Shown: piece after piece, positions 44,329 through 53,840 of the stretch
Layout of the letters: each line of letters opens with the position of its first letter
Numbering within the stretch: the stretch's first letter is position 1
Assembly: GCA_016180435.1 (NCBI GenBank)
Contig: JACPBG010000003.1
Location: forward strand, 77,791-141,790
DNA: 64,000 bases
Direction: 5' to 3'
Source: Candidatus Sungiibacteriota bacterium
GTDB taxonomy: Bacteria > Patescibacteriota > Minisyncoccia > Sungbacterales > HO2-52-23
Made by a program: the position numbers and the translations under genes
The notes under the pieces: model-generated
The model's input: only the letters and a program-made list of their open reading frames with translations
Database searches by the model: none
What the model was told of the DNA's origin: nothing

Positions 44329-44826
44329 ATGGCAAGACCCCGAGAGCGAAAATTGAATTCGGAGTTTGAACGTGAGCGGTCGGAATTCGACCAGCGCGTT
44401 TTAGATATCAGGCGGACGGCCCGTGTGGTTGCGGGCGGCCGGCGTTTTAGTTTTCGGGCAGCCGTCATTGTGGGTAATCGCAAGGGCCGAATCGGGTTTG
44501 GGATGGGAAAGGGAATTGATGTATCCGCTGCCGTGGAAAAAGCCGTTCATCGGGCCAAAAAAGAATTGATAAATATTCCGCTCACCAAGAGCTTTTCAAT
44601 ACCTCACGGAGTCAGCGGCAAGGCGGCCGCCGCTCGGGTAATTTTGAAGCCGGCGGTTGAAGGCCGGGGACTTGTGGCTGGCGGCCCGGTACGGGCGATC
44701 GCGGACCTCGCAGGGATTAAGAATCTTACCGCCAAAATTCTTGGCCGTACTCCGAATAAATTGAACAATGCTAAAGCGGTGATAGAAGCGTTAAAACACT
44801 TGAAGAATTTAGAACAGAGAACTTAA
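44329..44826 (+). CDS. rpsE: 30S ribosomal protein S5
   Basis: RTARVVAGGRRFSFRAAVIVGNRKGRIGFGMGKG. Confidence 0.9.
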   Translation: MARPRERKLNSEFERERSEFDQRVLDIRRTARVVAGGRRFSFRAAVIVGNRKGRIGFGMGKGIDVSAAVEKAVHRAKKELINIPLTKSFSIPHGVSGKAAAARVILKPAVEGRGLVAGGPVRAIADLAGIKNLTAKILGRTPNKLNNAKAVIEALKHLKNLEQRT

Positions 44827-44829
44827 TTG

Positions 44830-44916
44830 ATTTTACGAAATACGAATCATTACAAATATACGAATACGTTTTGGTAAGTTGATTCGTAAATTCGTACCTA
44901 TTCGTATTTCGTAAAG
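44830..44916. repeat. Family A element; near-identical duplicate of 44240-44326 including the left flank ttaattgat
   Basis: Same sequence as the previous copy. Confidence 0.85.
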
Positions 44917-44918
44917 GT

Positions 44919-45341
44919 ATGCAACTTCACCAACTTTCATCCAAAACAAAATCACATCGCGAACGGCGCATTGGCCGGGGCGGTAAGCGCGGCACCTATT
45001 CGGGTCGCGGCATTAAAGGCCAGGGCGCGCGAGCGGGCGCCAAATTTCGTCCGGCCGAACGCGAAATTTTAAAAAAGATACCCAAACTCCGCGGTCGCGG
45101 GAAGCACTCTTTTAAATCCTTTCGTTTGAAACCGGTCGTTGTCAATCTGGGTCATATTGAAAAAAGATTTAAGAGCGGAGATACAGTAACCCCGGAAAGT
45201 TTGTTAAAATCCGGATTAATTACTAAAATAAAGGGGAGAATGCCTAAAGTGAAGATTTTGGGACAGGGAGAATTAAAAAAGAATTTGATATTTAAAGACG
45301 TGCAGTTTTCGAAATCCGCAGCGGTCAAGTTAAAACACTAA
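44919..45341 (+). CDS. rplO: 50S ribosomal protein L15
   Basis: MQLHQLSSKTKSHRERRIGRGGKRGTYSGRGIKGQ. No L30 gene precedes it. Confidence 0.85.
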   Translation: MQLHQLSSKTKSHRERRIGRGGKRGTYSGRGIKGQGARAGAKFRPAEREILKKIPKLRGRGKHSFKSFRLKPVVVNLGHIEKRFKSGDTVTPESLLKSGLITKIKGRMPKVKILGQGELKKNLIFKDVQFSKSAAVKLKH

Positions 45342-45557
45342 CAATCCGAACAGTATTTATAGATTTGTGCCGAAGGCACACACCTTAAAAAATTGCTAAA
45401 GTGAGTATACACGCGGTTTCGGCAATATGGTTTTGAAAAAGCTACCAAGTGAGTGACTGCGTTTTCGTATATTGTAATTTCAGATAATGGGAGGACGCGA
45501 AATAAGATATTCGCCGCAGGCGGATTCAATAAGAAAATTCTCCAAGCGAGTCACAGG
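45342..45557 (+). repeat. Tandem degenerate 'aaagtgag...aatgggagg' units (L2), leader of secY
   Basis: aaagtgagtatacacgcggtttcggcaatatggttttgaaa; gataatgggaggacgcgaaataag; aagcgagtcacaggcgg. Shares blocks with 25080-25430. Confidence 0.5.
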
Positions 45558-45693
45558 CGGAATTTAGCATTTTGCTTTTGAGGCAATGGGAGGATAAACA
45601 GCTTGGTCTTCCGCGAGGCGGAAGTGTTTATCCGACCCCGCAGGCCGCCGCCGGAGCGGCCGAGGACTTGCCGAAAAAGTAAAATACTAAAGT
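45558..45693 (-). repeat. Family E structured element (copy E4, reverse orientation, E3 subfamily)
   Basis: Reverse complement: gtcctcggccgctccggcggcggcctgcggggtcgg-ataaaca-cttccgcctcgcggaag-accaagc-tgtttatcc-tcccattgcctcaaaagcaaaat. Confidence 0.7.
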
Positions 45694-45711
45694 CCGCTAT
45701 GATGAGTAATC

Positions 45712-46983
45712 ATGTTTAATAAATTATCATTATTATTCACTATCCCCGATCTTCGCAAGAAGGTGATTTTTGTATTGGCGATGCTGGTGGTGTTTCGTCT
45801 GGCGTCTTCCATACCCGTGCCCGGCGTGGACGCGGAACGTCTGCGCGCATTTATCGGCGGAAATCAGTTTTTCGGCCTTTTGAATATCTTCTCGGGTGGC
45901 GCGCTTGATAATCTTTCGGTTGTAATGCTGGGTGTCGGTCCTTATATTACGGCAACAATTATAATGCAGCTTTTAACCATGATTTTTCCGCGCCTTAAAG
46001 AGATGTATCAGGAGGAGGGTGAAGCCGGCCGAACGAGGTTTAACCAATATGCGCGTATTCTTACGATTCCCCTGGCGCTTTTGCAGTCATATGGCCTTTT
46101 GGTGTTGCTGGCGCGGCAACAAGTGCTTCCCGAACTTACCGCATTTGGATTTACGGTGAATATGATAGTGGCCACAGCCGGATCTTTGCTTTTAATGTGG
46201 ATCGGTGAGCTTATTACTGAAAAAGGCATAGGAAATGGCGTATCTTTAATGATTTTTGCCGGAATTGTGGCTGGTTTGCCAACCTCCATACGCCAGGAGT
46301 TTTTTACGTTTAGCGTGGACAAATTGCCCAATTATTTGTTGTTTATCGCGGTGGGTATTTTGGTTATCGCCGGAGTAATTATCATATCCGAGGGCCAGCG
46401 CAATGTTCCGGTATCATATGCCAAACGCATACGAGGCGGCAGAGTTTATGGCGGAGTATCCACGCATCTTCCTTTGCGGGTAAATCAAGCCGGGGTGATT
46501 CCGATTATTTTTGCCATATCCATAATTCTTTTCCCCGGCCTTATCGGAAGTTTTCTGGCAGGTGTTCCCAATACTTACGTTCAGTATCTCTCACAATTTC
46601 TTATCTCGCTTTTTAATAACCAGCTTATATACGGCATCATTTATTTTCTTTTGGTATTTATTTTTACTTATTTTTACACCGCAGTTACTTTTGATCCGCA
46701 GGCGATTGCCGATAATATCCAGAAACAGGGTGGATTTATTTTGGGGATAAGGCCCGGACGCCCTACCTCCGAGTTTTTATACAAAATCCTAAATAGGATT
46801 ACGCTGGCGGGAGGATTGTTTTTGGGAGCGGTTGCGGTTTTGCCGCTTATTGTGCAGGGCGCGTTGGGGGTGCAAGCGCTCACTATCGGAGGAACTGCGC
46901 TTTTGATCGCGGTGTCGGTGGTGCTTGAGACCATGAAGCAGATAGAGGCGCAGTTGGTGATGCGGGAATATGAGAATATTTGA
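45712..46983 (+). CDS. secY: Preprotein translocase subunit SecY
   Basis: 10-TM topology; GIMPYITA-like GVGPYITATIIMQLL. Confidence 0.9.
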   Translation: MFNKLSLLFTIPDLRKKVIFVLAMLVVFRLASSIPVPGVDAERLRAFIGGNQFFGLLNIFSGGALDNLSVVMLGVGPYITATIIMQLLTMIFPRLKEMYQEEGEAGRTRFNQYARILTIPLALLQSYGLLVLLARQQVLPELTAFGFTVNMIVATAGSLLLMWIGELITEKGIGNGVSLMIFAGIVAGLPTSIRQEFFTFSVDKLPNYLLFIAVGILVIAGVIIISEGQRNVPVSYAKRIRGGRVYGGVSTHLPLRVNQAGVIPIIFAISIILFPGLIGSFLAGVPNTYVQYLSQFLISLFNNQLIYGIIYFLLVFIFTYFYTAVTFDPQAIADNIQKQGGFILGIRPGRPTSEFLYKILNRITLAGGLFLGAVAVLPLIVQGALGVQALTIGGTALLIAVSVVLETMKQIEAQLVMREYENI

Positions 46984-47280
46984 CTCATTGATGCGCCTTT
47001 TGCTCAAGAGTTACGGCGCGGAAAAAATAGAGCCAAAAATGCCATAGGATTCCTCCGCGTTCTCCGCTATCATTCTTTACCAACCCCTTATTATCCCTTT
47101 AAAAAAGTCATTCTGAACTCTGTGAAGAATCCCGTTATGTATGGGGCGGAGCCGCGGTTTCCTTTATGGCATTTTTTCACCATTTTTTATCCGCGCCTCC
47201 ACAATTTCGCAAATAGGCGCATCAACTCGTCTTTAAAAGAGAAAGTGCATCACATGTTTTAAGGGAAGAGTTTTAAATGT

Positions 47281-47306
47281 ATCCGCCATCGGCGGCTTTT
47301 GTTTTA
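47281..47306 (+). terminator. Hairpin + T-run
   Basis: atccgccatcggcggcttttgtttta. Confidence 0.5.
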
Positions 47307-47334
47307 TAAAAAAGTGTAGTATTATAATAAAATA

Positions 47335-48051
47335 ATGAACGAACCTATTTCATCAAAAAATAAATTTGCTATTAGTGTAATGGGTCCGCCGGGCTCCGGA
47401 AAAGGAACACAGGCGCAGATACTTGCCGGCGGACTTGAGGCCTTTCATTTTGTCACGAGTGTCGAGGGCAAAAAATATATTGCCGCCCATGACGATCCCG
47501 AAACAAAACGTCAAGAAGTCAGATATAAAAAAGGACTGCTTTTTGAATCTCCCTGGACACTCCGCGTGGTACAAGAAAAAACGCAGCGTGTTTTTGAGGA
47601 CGGGCTGAGTATTGTTTATGACGGTTCACCGCGTACCCCGCTTGAAGCAGAAAAACTGATCCCGTTTCTCATTAAACTTTTCGGCAAAGAGTGTGTCGTG
47701 GCCGTGGAACTTAAAGTCGGTGAAGCCGAATTGAGATCGCGTCTTTCCAAAAGGCGGGTATGCAGTCTTGATCATTCCCACGCTTTTATTGACTCGGAAA
47801 ATCATCATATTGGAGATTTATGTCCCAAGATGGATGGGGGAGTGTTGCAAAAAAGGGAGATTGACGAATCGGCGCTTTTTGAAACACGCATGGGAGAATT
47901 TAGAAATTTGACTATACCGGCCATTGAATTTTTTCATAAGGAGGACGTGCTTATTGTTATCAATGGCGAGCAGTCGATTGAAAATGTGCGGCGCGATATT
48001 GATGAGGCGTTTGCCAAAAGATTCGGTAAGCGGTGGCCCCGTGGAGTATGA
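47335..48051 (+). CDS. adk: Adenylate kinase
   Basis: MGPPGSGKGTQAQIL P-loop. Classic secY-adk-map order; stop overlaps the map start (ATGA). Confidence 0.8.
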   Translation: MNEPISSKNKFAISVMGPPGSGKGTQAQILAGGLEAFHFVTSVEGKKYIAAHDDPETKRQEVRYKKGLLFESPWTLRVVQEKTQRVFEDGLSIVYDGSPRTPLEAEKLIPFLIKLFGKECVVAVELKVGEAELRSRLSKRRVCSLDHSHAFIDSENHHIGDLCPKMDGGVLQKREIDESALFETRMGEFRNLTIPAIEFFHKEDVLIVINGEQSIENVRRDIDEAFAKRFGKRWPRGV

Positions 48052-48857
48052 TTACGATTAAAACTACAGAAGAAATTGCTATATTGCGAGAAGGAGGCAG
48101 ACGGCTCGCAGAAATTTTGCAAAAGCTGGTTGAGGCGTCTTGTCCCGGCGTATCGGATTTTGAGCTTGATGTTCTGGCGGAGGAACTTATTTTAGCATGC
48201 GGAGGAAAACCGGCATTTAAGGGATACAGGATCAAGGAAACGCGCGTTGCGTTTCCCGCTTCCATTTGCGTGTCGATTAATGACGAGGTGGTGCACGGGA
48301 TCCCGCGCAAAAACCGGATCTTAAAAGATGGTGATATTGTCGGGATTGATATAGGAATGCAGTGGCCGAATCAAGAACTTAGAACTAAGAACTTAGAACT
48401 TAGAAATATAAGAGGAATGTATACGGATATGGCGGTAACTATCGGGGTGGGTAAAATTTCGGCAGAAGCCGAACGGCTGATTCAAACAACCCGATCTGCA
48501 TTAGATGTCGGTATTCGGACGGTACGTCCGGGTGCGCATGTCGGAGATATAGGATGCGCCGTGGAGGAGGTTCTAAAACGCGAAAAACTCGGGATTATAA
48601 GGGATCTTGCCGGACACGGCGTGGGGCATGATCTTCATGAAGAGCCGCTTATTCCGAATTACGGAATGCGCGGCGCCGGAGTAGAATTAAAAGAGGGCAT
48701 GGTTATTGCTATTGAACCCATGGCAACTTTGGGGGGATGGCGGATTAAGCTTGATCGAGATGAGTGGACGATCCGTACCGCTGATCGGAGTTTGGCGGCG
48801 CATTTTGAGCATACTTTAGTTGTTACAAAAAGCGGAGCGGAGATATTGACGAAATAG
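48048..48857 (+). CDS. map: Methionine aminopeptidase type I with repeat-encoded insertion
   Basis: Pita-bread fold with metal ligands (DIGMQ ... HGVGHDLHEEP ... AIEPM). Family F insert QELRTKNLELRN lies after DIG. Confidence 0.85.
   Translation: MITIKTTEEIAILREGGRRLAEILQKLVEASCPGVSDFELDVLAEELILACGGKPAFKGYRIKETRVAFPASICVSINDEVVHGIPRKNRILKDGDIVGIDIGMQWPNQELRTKNLELRNIRGMYTDMAVTIGVGKISAEAERLIQTTRSALDVGIRTVRPGAHVGDIGCAVEEVLKREKLGIIRDLAGHGVGHDLHEEPLIPNYGMRGAGVELKEGMVIAIEPMATLGGWRIKLDRDEWTIRTADRSLAAHFEHTLVVTKSGAEILTK
48373..48406. repeat. Family F heptad-repeat half-element, in-frame inside map
   Basis: caagaacttagaactaagaacttagaacttagaaat. Confidence 0.7.
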
Positions 48858-48889
48858 TTGTTTGGTGAATTGTGTGTTATTATTATGAG

Positions 48890-48985
48890 GTAGATGCAAT
48901 ATTAAACGCCACTGTTACGCAAAATTAGACGCAAATTGCGTTTAGATATTGCGTAAATTAGTTTGCGTTTGAAGTTGCTTCTAAA
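48890..48985. repeat. Family K ('acgcaaa/ttgcgt') iteron element
   Basis: ttacgcaaaattagacgcaaattgcgtttagatattgcgtaaattagtttgcgtttgaag. Confidence 0.5.
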
Positions 48986-48987
48986 AT

Positions 48988-49377
48988 ATGAAATACATGG
49001 GTCTTGATTATGGAGAAAGGCGGATCGGGGTTGCGGTTTCTGACGCCCAAGGCCGGGTGGCTTTTCCAAAGAAATTGGTTTTTAACCGGGGCAATTCCCA
49101 GATGATGGAGCAATTGCAGGCCGTGGTTAAGGATGAGCATATTTCCCGGATCGTAGTGGGTCTTCCGGTAGGATTGGATGGCAATGAAACGGCGCAAACA
49201 TCAGCCACGCGTGAATTTGCCGATGCGCTCCGTAATGTTACTGGAGTTGCGGTAGAGTTTGAAAATGAGATGCTGACAACGCACATGGTGCAGGGCCTGG
49301 GAGTTCCCCGCGAGCATACGGACGAGGCCGCGGCAGCCGTGATTTTACAATCATACCTTGATAAAATAAATCACTAA
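48988..49377 (+). CDS. ruvX: Putative Holliday-junction resolvase/pre-16S rRNA nuclease YqgF (RuvX)
   Basis: MGLDYGERRIGVAVSD...RIVVGLPVGLDGNE. Confidence 0.75.
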   Translation: MKYMGLDYGERRIGVAVSDAQGRVAFPKKLVFNRGNSQMMEQLQAVVKDEHISRIVVGLPVGLDGNETAQTSATREFADALRNVTGVAVEFENEMLTTHMVQGLGVPREHTDEAAAAVILQSYLDKINH

Positions 49378-49461
49378 TTTACACGAATTTGGTCACGAAT
49401 TTCACGAATTACGTAAATTTATTCGTGATATCTGTGTTCAAATTTGTGAATATTCGCGAAA
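49378..49461. repeat. Family J ('cacgaatt/attcgtg') iteron element
   Basis: ttacacgaatttggtcacgaatttcacgaattacgtaaatttattcgtgatatctgtgttcaaatttgtgaatattcgcg. Confidence 0.5.
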
Positions 49462-50202
49462 ATGTTTTTAAGTTGGATCATCCCCGCCTATAACGAAGAA
49501 AAGCGTATCGAAAAAACTCTTTTTGAAGTGGATGCTTATTTGATGTCCAAAAATTTTCCCGGCGGATATGAAATTATAGTGGTTGATTCGTCCTCAACTG
49601 ATAACACGGCGGATTTGGTGAGGAAACTTTCATCGCGCATACCCCGGTTATCGCTTAGGATAGTAGATAATAAAGGCAAGGGCTGGGCTGTGCATGAGGG
49701 AATGTTAAATTCCTCCGGGGATATGCGTATTTTTTCCGATGCGGATAACTCCGTATCGCCGGATCAGCTTAATGGCTTCATTCCGTTTTTGTGTGCCGGC
49801 GCCAAGAAAGACACGTGTTTTGACGTGGTCATCGGTTCTATCGAGGCGGGTGGAGCGACTATTGAAGAAAATGCCCAATGGTATCGGCGGGCTCTCGGCA
49901 GGATATCAAAACTAATTATACGCATTGTTTCCGGTCTTTGGGAAATTCGCGATACCCAGCGCGGATTCAAGTTATTTTCAAAACGAGCGGCTGAGGCGGT
50001 TTTTACGCGCCAAACCATTTTTGCCTGGGGCTTTGATATTGAGGTACTGCTCGTTGCCAAGCGGCGCAATTTTGCCATAAAAGAAGTGCCGGTAAAATGG
50101 ATAAATGCCGGTGATTCCAAAGTGAGTATTGGCGCTTATGTCAGCACATTCAAGGAATTATTGCAGATAAAATGGAACGATACCCGTGGAAAATATAAAT
50201 AA
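49462..50202 (+). CDS. Family 2 glycosyltransferase (dolichyl-phosphate sugar transferase-like)
   Basis: IIPAYNEE...EIIVVDSSSTDNT...DAD motif. Confidence 0.7.
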   Translation: MFLSWIIPAYNEEKRIEKTLFEVDAYLMSKNFPGGYEIIVVDSSSTDNTADLVRKLSSRIPRLSLRIVDNKGKGWAVHEGMLNSSGDMRIFSDADNSVSPDQLNGFIPFLCAGAKKDTCFDVVIGSIEAGGATIEENAQWYRRALGRISKLIIRIVSGLWEIRDTQRGFKLFSKRAAEAVFTRQTIFAWGFDIEVLLVAKRRNFAIKEVPVKWINAGDSKVSIGAYVSTFKELLQIKWNDTRGKYK

Positions 50203-50255
50203 ATTGTTAAAAAACTCATAAAACCCAGATATGCACAAAACCCAAACAGCGGCCT

Positions 50256-50493
50256 CAATTCCTAATTGCCTAATTGTCTAATTTCTAATAAAATGCCCAA
50301 TAAAGAAATTAAGAATTAAGGCCTTAGAAATTTTATTAGGTTCACCCCGTTAGAAAGAAACAGAAGGTATTTTTAGTGCAGAAATTATCTATTTTTATGA
50401 ATAAAAACGAGTTGCAGTTGCTACTATATTTGTTTATTTCTAACGGGGTAAATTAGGAATTAGGTGAATTTGGAATTTTAGTTCTTGCTCGCG
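50256..50493. repeat. Family D element containing a nested family G element
   Basis: caattcctaattgcctaattgtctaatttctaataaaatgcc...ttttattaggt | G insert | aaattaggaattaggtgaatttggaattttag. Compare the intact D copy at 55030-55145. Confidence 0.8.
50343..50458. repeat. Family G element nested in the D element
   Basis: caccccgttagaaagaaacag ... tttatttctaacggggt. Confidence 0.75.
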
Positions 50494-50551
50494 TTTGGTT
50501 CCTGTGTTTTGTGTGTTTATATGGCGATTATAGTACTGGTTTACTAGGGAT

Positions 50552-51589
50552 ATGTTTTACGAAGCATCTGACAATGATCATAAGCATGGTTCTTTTTCCG
50601 AGGTCCGGCAGGATCTGGTATCCGGCGACTGGGTGGTTATTGCAACCGGGCGCGCCAAGCGTCCGCACGATTTTTTGCAGGAGGGGAAAAAGGCATTCCG
50701 TCAGCCGAAACGCACTTGTCCTTTTGAGAATCTGCATGAAAATGCGTTACTCTCTTTATCACTTGGCGCAGAGCGCGGGAAAAATATCAAACCATGGGTA
50801 AAAGTTGTTGTGAATAAATTTCCGGCTTTTCAACGCGGGGTTTGCAGTATATTTCACAAAACCGGGCCATATCAGTGGACTGATGGCGTTGGACAGCATG
50901 AGGTTGTTATAACACGCGACCACGAACGCTCTCTTGGTCAGATGGCGGATTTGGAGGCGGAATTGGCGGTGCGGGCGTATCAAGAACGGTATCGCGCCAT
51001 TAAACAGGATGAATGCGTGCGCTATATTTCAATTTTTCATAATCACGGTCGGGGATCCGGCGCTACGCTTTCTCATCCGCACTCGCAAATTATCGGGATT
51101 CCCGTAATACCGTCTGATATTGCCCGCAGCATCCGCGGATCAGCCGTTTATTATGAGGAACACAAGGAATGCGTTCATTGCGTGATGCTGAAATTCGAGA
51201 AAAATGATAAAAAGCGTTTGATTTACGAAAATGACCATTTTTTGGTTTTTGCGCCGTTTGCTTCTCGCCTGGCGTTTGAGATAAGAATTTATCCCAAAAA
51301 TCACGTTTCACATTTTGAAGATGCGTCCGAGGCAGAAATTGTTTCTGTGGCCAATGCCCTGCGCGTTTCCCTCGGCAAGATTTTTAAGGGCCTGAATAAT
51401 CCCGATTACAACTTTTTTTTGCATACGTCCCCAATTGATAAATTAAACAGTTTCCGGCATTATCACTGGCATTTTGAAATTCTGCCTAAGACCTCTATTT
51501 GGGCCGGGTTTGAAATCGGAACGGGTATTGAGATTTCCACCATCACGCCCGAGAATGCGGCAGAGTTTTTGAGAAATATAAAAGTATAG
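50552..51589 (+). CDS. galT: Galactose-1-phosphate uridylyltransferase (HIT superfamily)
   Basis: HPHSQIIGIP (H-x-H-x-Q) and CPFENLHE zinc site. Confidence 0.75.
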   Translation: MFYEASDNDHKHGSFSEVRQDLVSGDWVVIATGRAKRPHDFLQEGKKAFRQPKRTCPFENLHENALLSLSLGAERGKNIKPWVKVVVNKFPAFQRGVCSIFHKTGPYQWTDGVGQHEVVITRDHERSLGQMADLEAELAVRAYQERYRAIKQDECVRYISIFHNHGRGSGATLSHPHSQIIGIPVIPSDIARSIRGSAVYYEEHKECVHCVMLKFEKNDKKRLIYENDHFLVFAPFASRLAFEIRIYPKNHVSHFEDASEAEIVSVANALRVSLGKIFKGLNNPDYNFFLHTSPIDKLNSFRHYHWHFEILPKTSIWAGFEIGTGIEISTITPENAAEFLRNIKV

Positions 51590-51595
51590 GTTGAT

Positions 51596-51680
51596 TTTAC
51601 GAAATACGAATCATTACGAATGTACGAATATGGCATGGCAAATTAATTCGTAAATTCGTATATATTCGTATTTCGTAAAG
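51596..51680. repeat. Family A element
   Basis: ttttacgaaatacgaatcattacgaatgtacgaatatggc...attaattcgtaaattcgtatatattcgtatttcgtaaag, then at + ATG of tpiA. Confidence 0.8.
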
Positions 51681-51682
51681 AT

Positions 51683-52441
51683 ATGCATAGGCCCTTAATT
51701 ATCGCTAATTGGAAATCAAATCCTTTAACGCTGAAAGAGGCGCTGGATTTGGCGCGCGGAGCCGAAGAAGCCGCGCGGCGTTTTCGCGGTGCGGAAATTG
51801 TTGTGGCGCCACCGTTTCTTTTTGCGATAGAGGTTTCTAAATTATTGAAATATGCAAAACTCGGAGCGCAAGACGCATTCTGGTCCGATGGCCCTTATAC
51901 CGGCGAGGTTTCATGGCGGCAGCTTAAAAAAATTGGCGTGTGTTATGTAATTCTGGGACATTCTTCGCGGCGCGCGGAGTTGGGAGAAACGGATGACGTG
52001 GTGAATAAAAAATTAAAGGCGGTTCTGGGCGGCGGATTGTTGCCGGTTTTATGCATCGGAGAGTTCAGGCGTAAAGGGAATACTGTTCCGCCGATAGTAG
52101 GTCTGCAATTAAAAAAAGCCCTTAAAGGCATTAAAAAATCGCAATTGAAAAATCTGGTTATTGCTTATGAGCCGGTTTGGGCAATTTCCACCATGCCGGG
52201 CGCCCGGGCCGATACGCCCCAGAGCGCGGAACGCGCCATAAAATATCTAAGGGATGCGATTTCTCGCATCTATGGACGTAAAGCGGCGCATGAGATACGG
52301 ATGTTATACGGAGGGTCGGTGAGTTCAAAAAACGCCCGCGATTTTTTATCGCATCCTGGAATAGACGGCGCGTTGGTCGGCGGCGCCAGTTTGCGTCCGC
52401 AAGAATTCGGAGAAATTATTTCGCGGGCGTTTAAGGGCTAG
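51683..52441 (+). CDS. tpiA: Triosephosphate isomerase
   Basis: IAYEPVWAIST and GGASL motifs. Confidence 0.85.
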   Translation: MHRPLIIANWKSNPLTLKEALDLARGAEEAARRFRGAEIVVAPPFLFAIEVSKLLKYAKLGAQDAFWSDGPYTGEVSWRQLKKIGVCYVILGHSSRRAELGETDDVVNKKLKAVLGGGLLPVLCIGEFRRKGNTVPPIVGLQLKKALKGIKKSQLKNLVIAYEPVWAISTMPGARADTPQSAERAIKYLRDAISRIYGRKAAHEIRMLYGGSVSSKNARDFLSHPGIDGALVGGASLRPQEFGEIISRAFKG

Positions 52442-52564
52442 CAAAATTCGCAGGTATTATCTTTTTTGTCTTGATGTTCTCCGGTTCTCGGATCGCCACA
52501 ACACTCTTTACAGCAAAAAGTAGTTCCTTCAAGAACGTAGACCCCGTCTTTGTGCCTTTTTTCT

Positions 52565-53818
52565 TTACCGCATTTTGTGCATTTGAATAATTTTTATACT
52601 ATTATACCATGTGCGCAACGCTTTATGAATCGGCAGGATAAAAAGAAAATAGCGAAGTTCTATAAGCTCCTTGGCAATCCAACCGAATATTCCGGAGAAG
52701 TGTATGATAATAAGATCGGCAATCGCGTATTTTTTACCCACTGCCAGAATAAAAGGATAGTGCGCGAGGGGAGTAAATTTTTTGGGCGGTTTTCCCTCTA
52801 TGGCGCGGATTATATTTCGGGCCGCAAGCCTGCCTTCAGTTTTGGCTATTGGAACACTCCCGGGGAGCGCTTTCCCCGTTTTTGGATTTATAAACATAGC
52901 ATTATCGCCTACGGCAAAGATATTTTCAAAATCTATTGTTTGCAGGCATTGGTTTACTTCAGCCGAGTTTTTTTCGGATAGCGTTAGCCCCGATTTTTTA
53001 AGTATAGTGGGTCCGACAACGCCACCGGTCCAGATTAGGACGTCAAATTTTTCTTTATGTCCGTTTTGAAGCGTCGCCTCATTTTTTTGTACACCAATGA
53101 TTGGCGATCCGGTTAAAATTTGTACGCCGAGAGCCCGCAGTCTAATCCCGGATTTTTTAATTATGGAGGCGGAAAATCCAGGGAGAATTTGCGGCGACGC
53201 TTCGATCAGAACCAGTTCCATTTCGCAGACGCGCTTTTTTGTGAATTTTTCCGCTATATGGCAGATGAACCCCACAAATTCGGCGGCAAGTTCCACTCCG
53301 CTTGCTCCGCCGCCTCCAATCGTAATTTTAATTGAGGACTTGGTTTTGAAGTTTTCCTCAATTACATTGCGCAGGCGCAGGGCGTCATCAAAGGTCTTTA
53401 AGGGAAAACTGTATTCTTTCAGTCCGGGTATATCATAGTAGGCGGTTTCGGCGCCAAGCGCCAGTACGAGAAATTCATATGGGAGTTGTCCGAATGAGCG
53501 TAGCGCCAGTTTTTTATTATGAAACTCAAATCCTATTATTTCGTCGGTTATGAGGAGCACCGGTTTGTTTTTGAATATGTCGGCCAGGGGAATAAGTATG
53601 GATGATTTAAGGGAGGAGGTAGTGGCATCTTCTAAGGCGATTGCGGCGATCTGATATAGAGACGGGGTATAGAGCTGGTGATGATGACGGTCAATCAGGA
53701 TGATTTCGTGCGTGTCGCGATGCGGCCCGATGCGTTTGGCAAGTGTTAAGGCGGCGGTTATGCCGCCAAATCCCGCGCCCGAAATAACTATATTTTTTTT
53801 CGAATTAGACATAGCCAT
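52565..53818 (-). CDS. FAD-dependent pyridine nucleotide-disulfide oxidoreductase (NDH-2-like)
   Basis: NIVISGAGFGGITAAL GxGxxG and a second dinucleotide fold GGGGASGVELAAE. Confidence 0.7.
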   Translation of the reverse strand: MAMSNSKKNIVISGAGFGGITAALTLAKRIGPHRDTHEIILIDRHHHQLYTPSLYQIAAIALEDATTSSLKSSILIPLADIFKNKPVLLITDEIIGFEFHNKKLALRSFGQLPYEFLVLALGAETAYYDIPGLKEYSFPLKTFDDALRLRNVIEENFKTKSSIKITIGGGGASGVELAAEFVGFICHIAEKFTKKRVCEMELVLIEASPQILPGFSASIIKKSGIRLRALGVQILTGSPIIGVQKNEATLQNGHKEKFDVLIWTGGVVGPTILKKSGLTLSEKNSAEVNQCLQTIDFENIFAVGDNAMFINPKTGKALPGSVPIAKTEGRLAARNIIRAIEGKPPKKFTPLAHYPFILAVGKKYAIADLIIIHFSGIFGWIAKELIELRYFLFILPIHKALRTWYNSIKIIQMHKMR

Positions 53819-53840
53819 CTCTACATTATACTATAGAATA

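Noticed and set aside
52444-52590. Cys-rich peptide frame (…CTKCGKEKRHKDGVYVLEGTTFCCKECCGDPRTGEHQDKKDNTCEFC) on the minus strand just past the ndh stop
   Set aside because: No start codon in frame (the frame opens right after a TAA), and it overlaps the ndh 3' end. Possibly a remnant, so not called.
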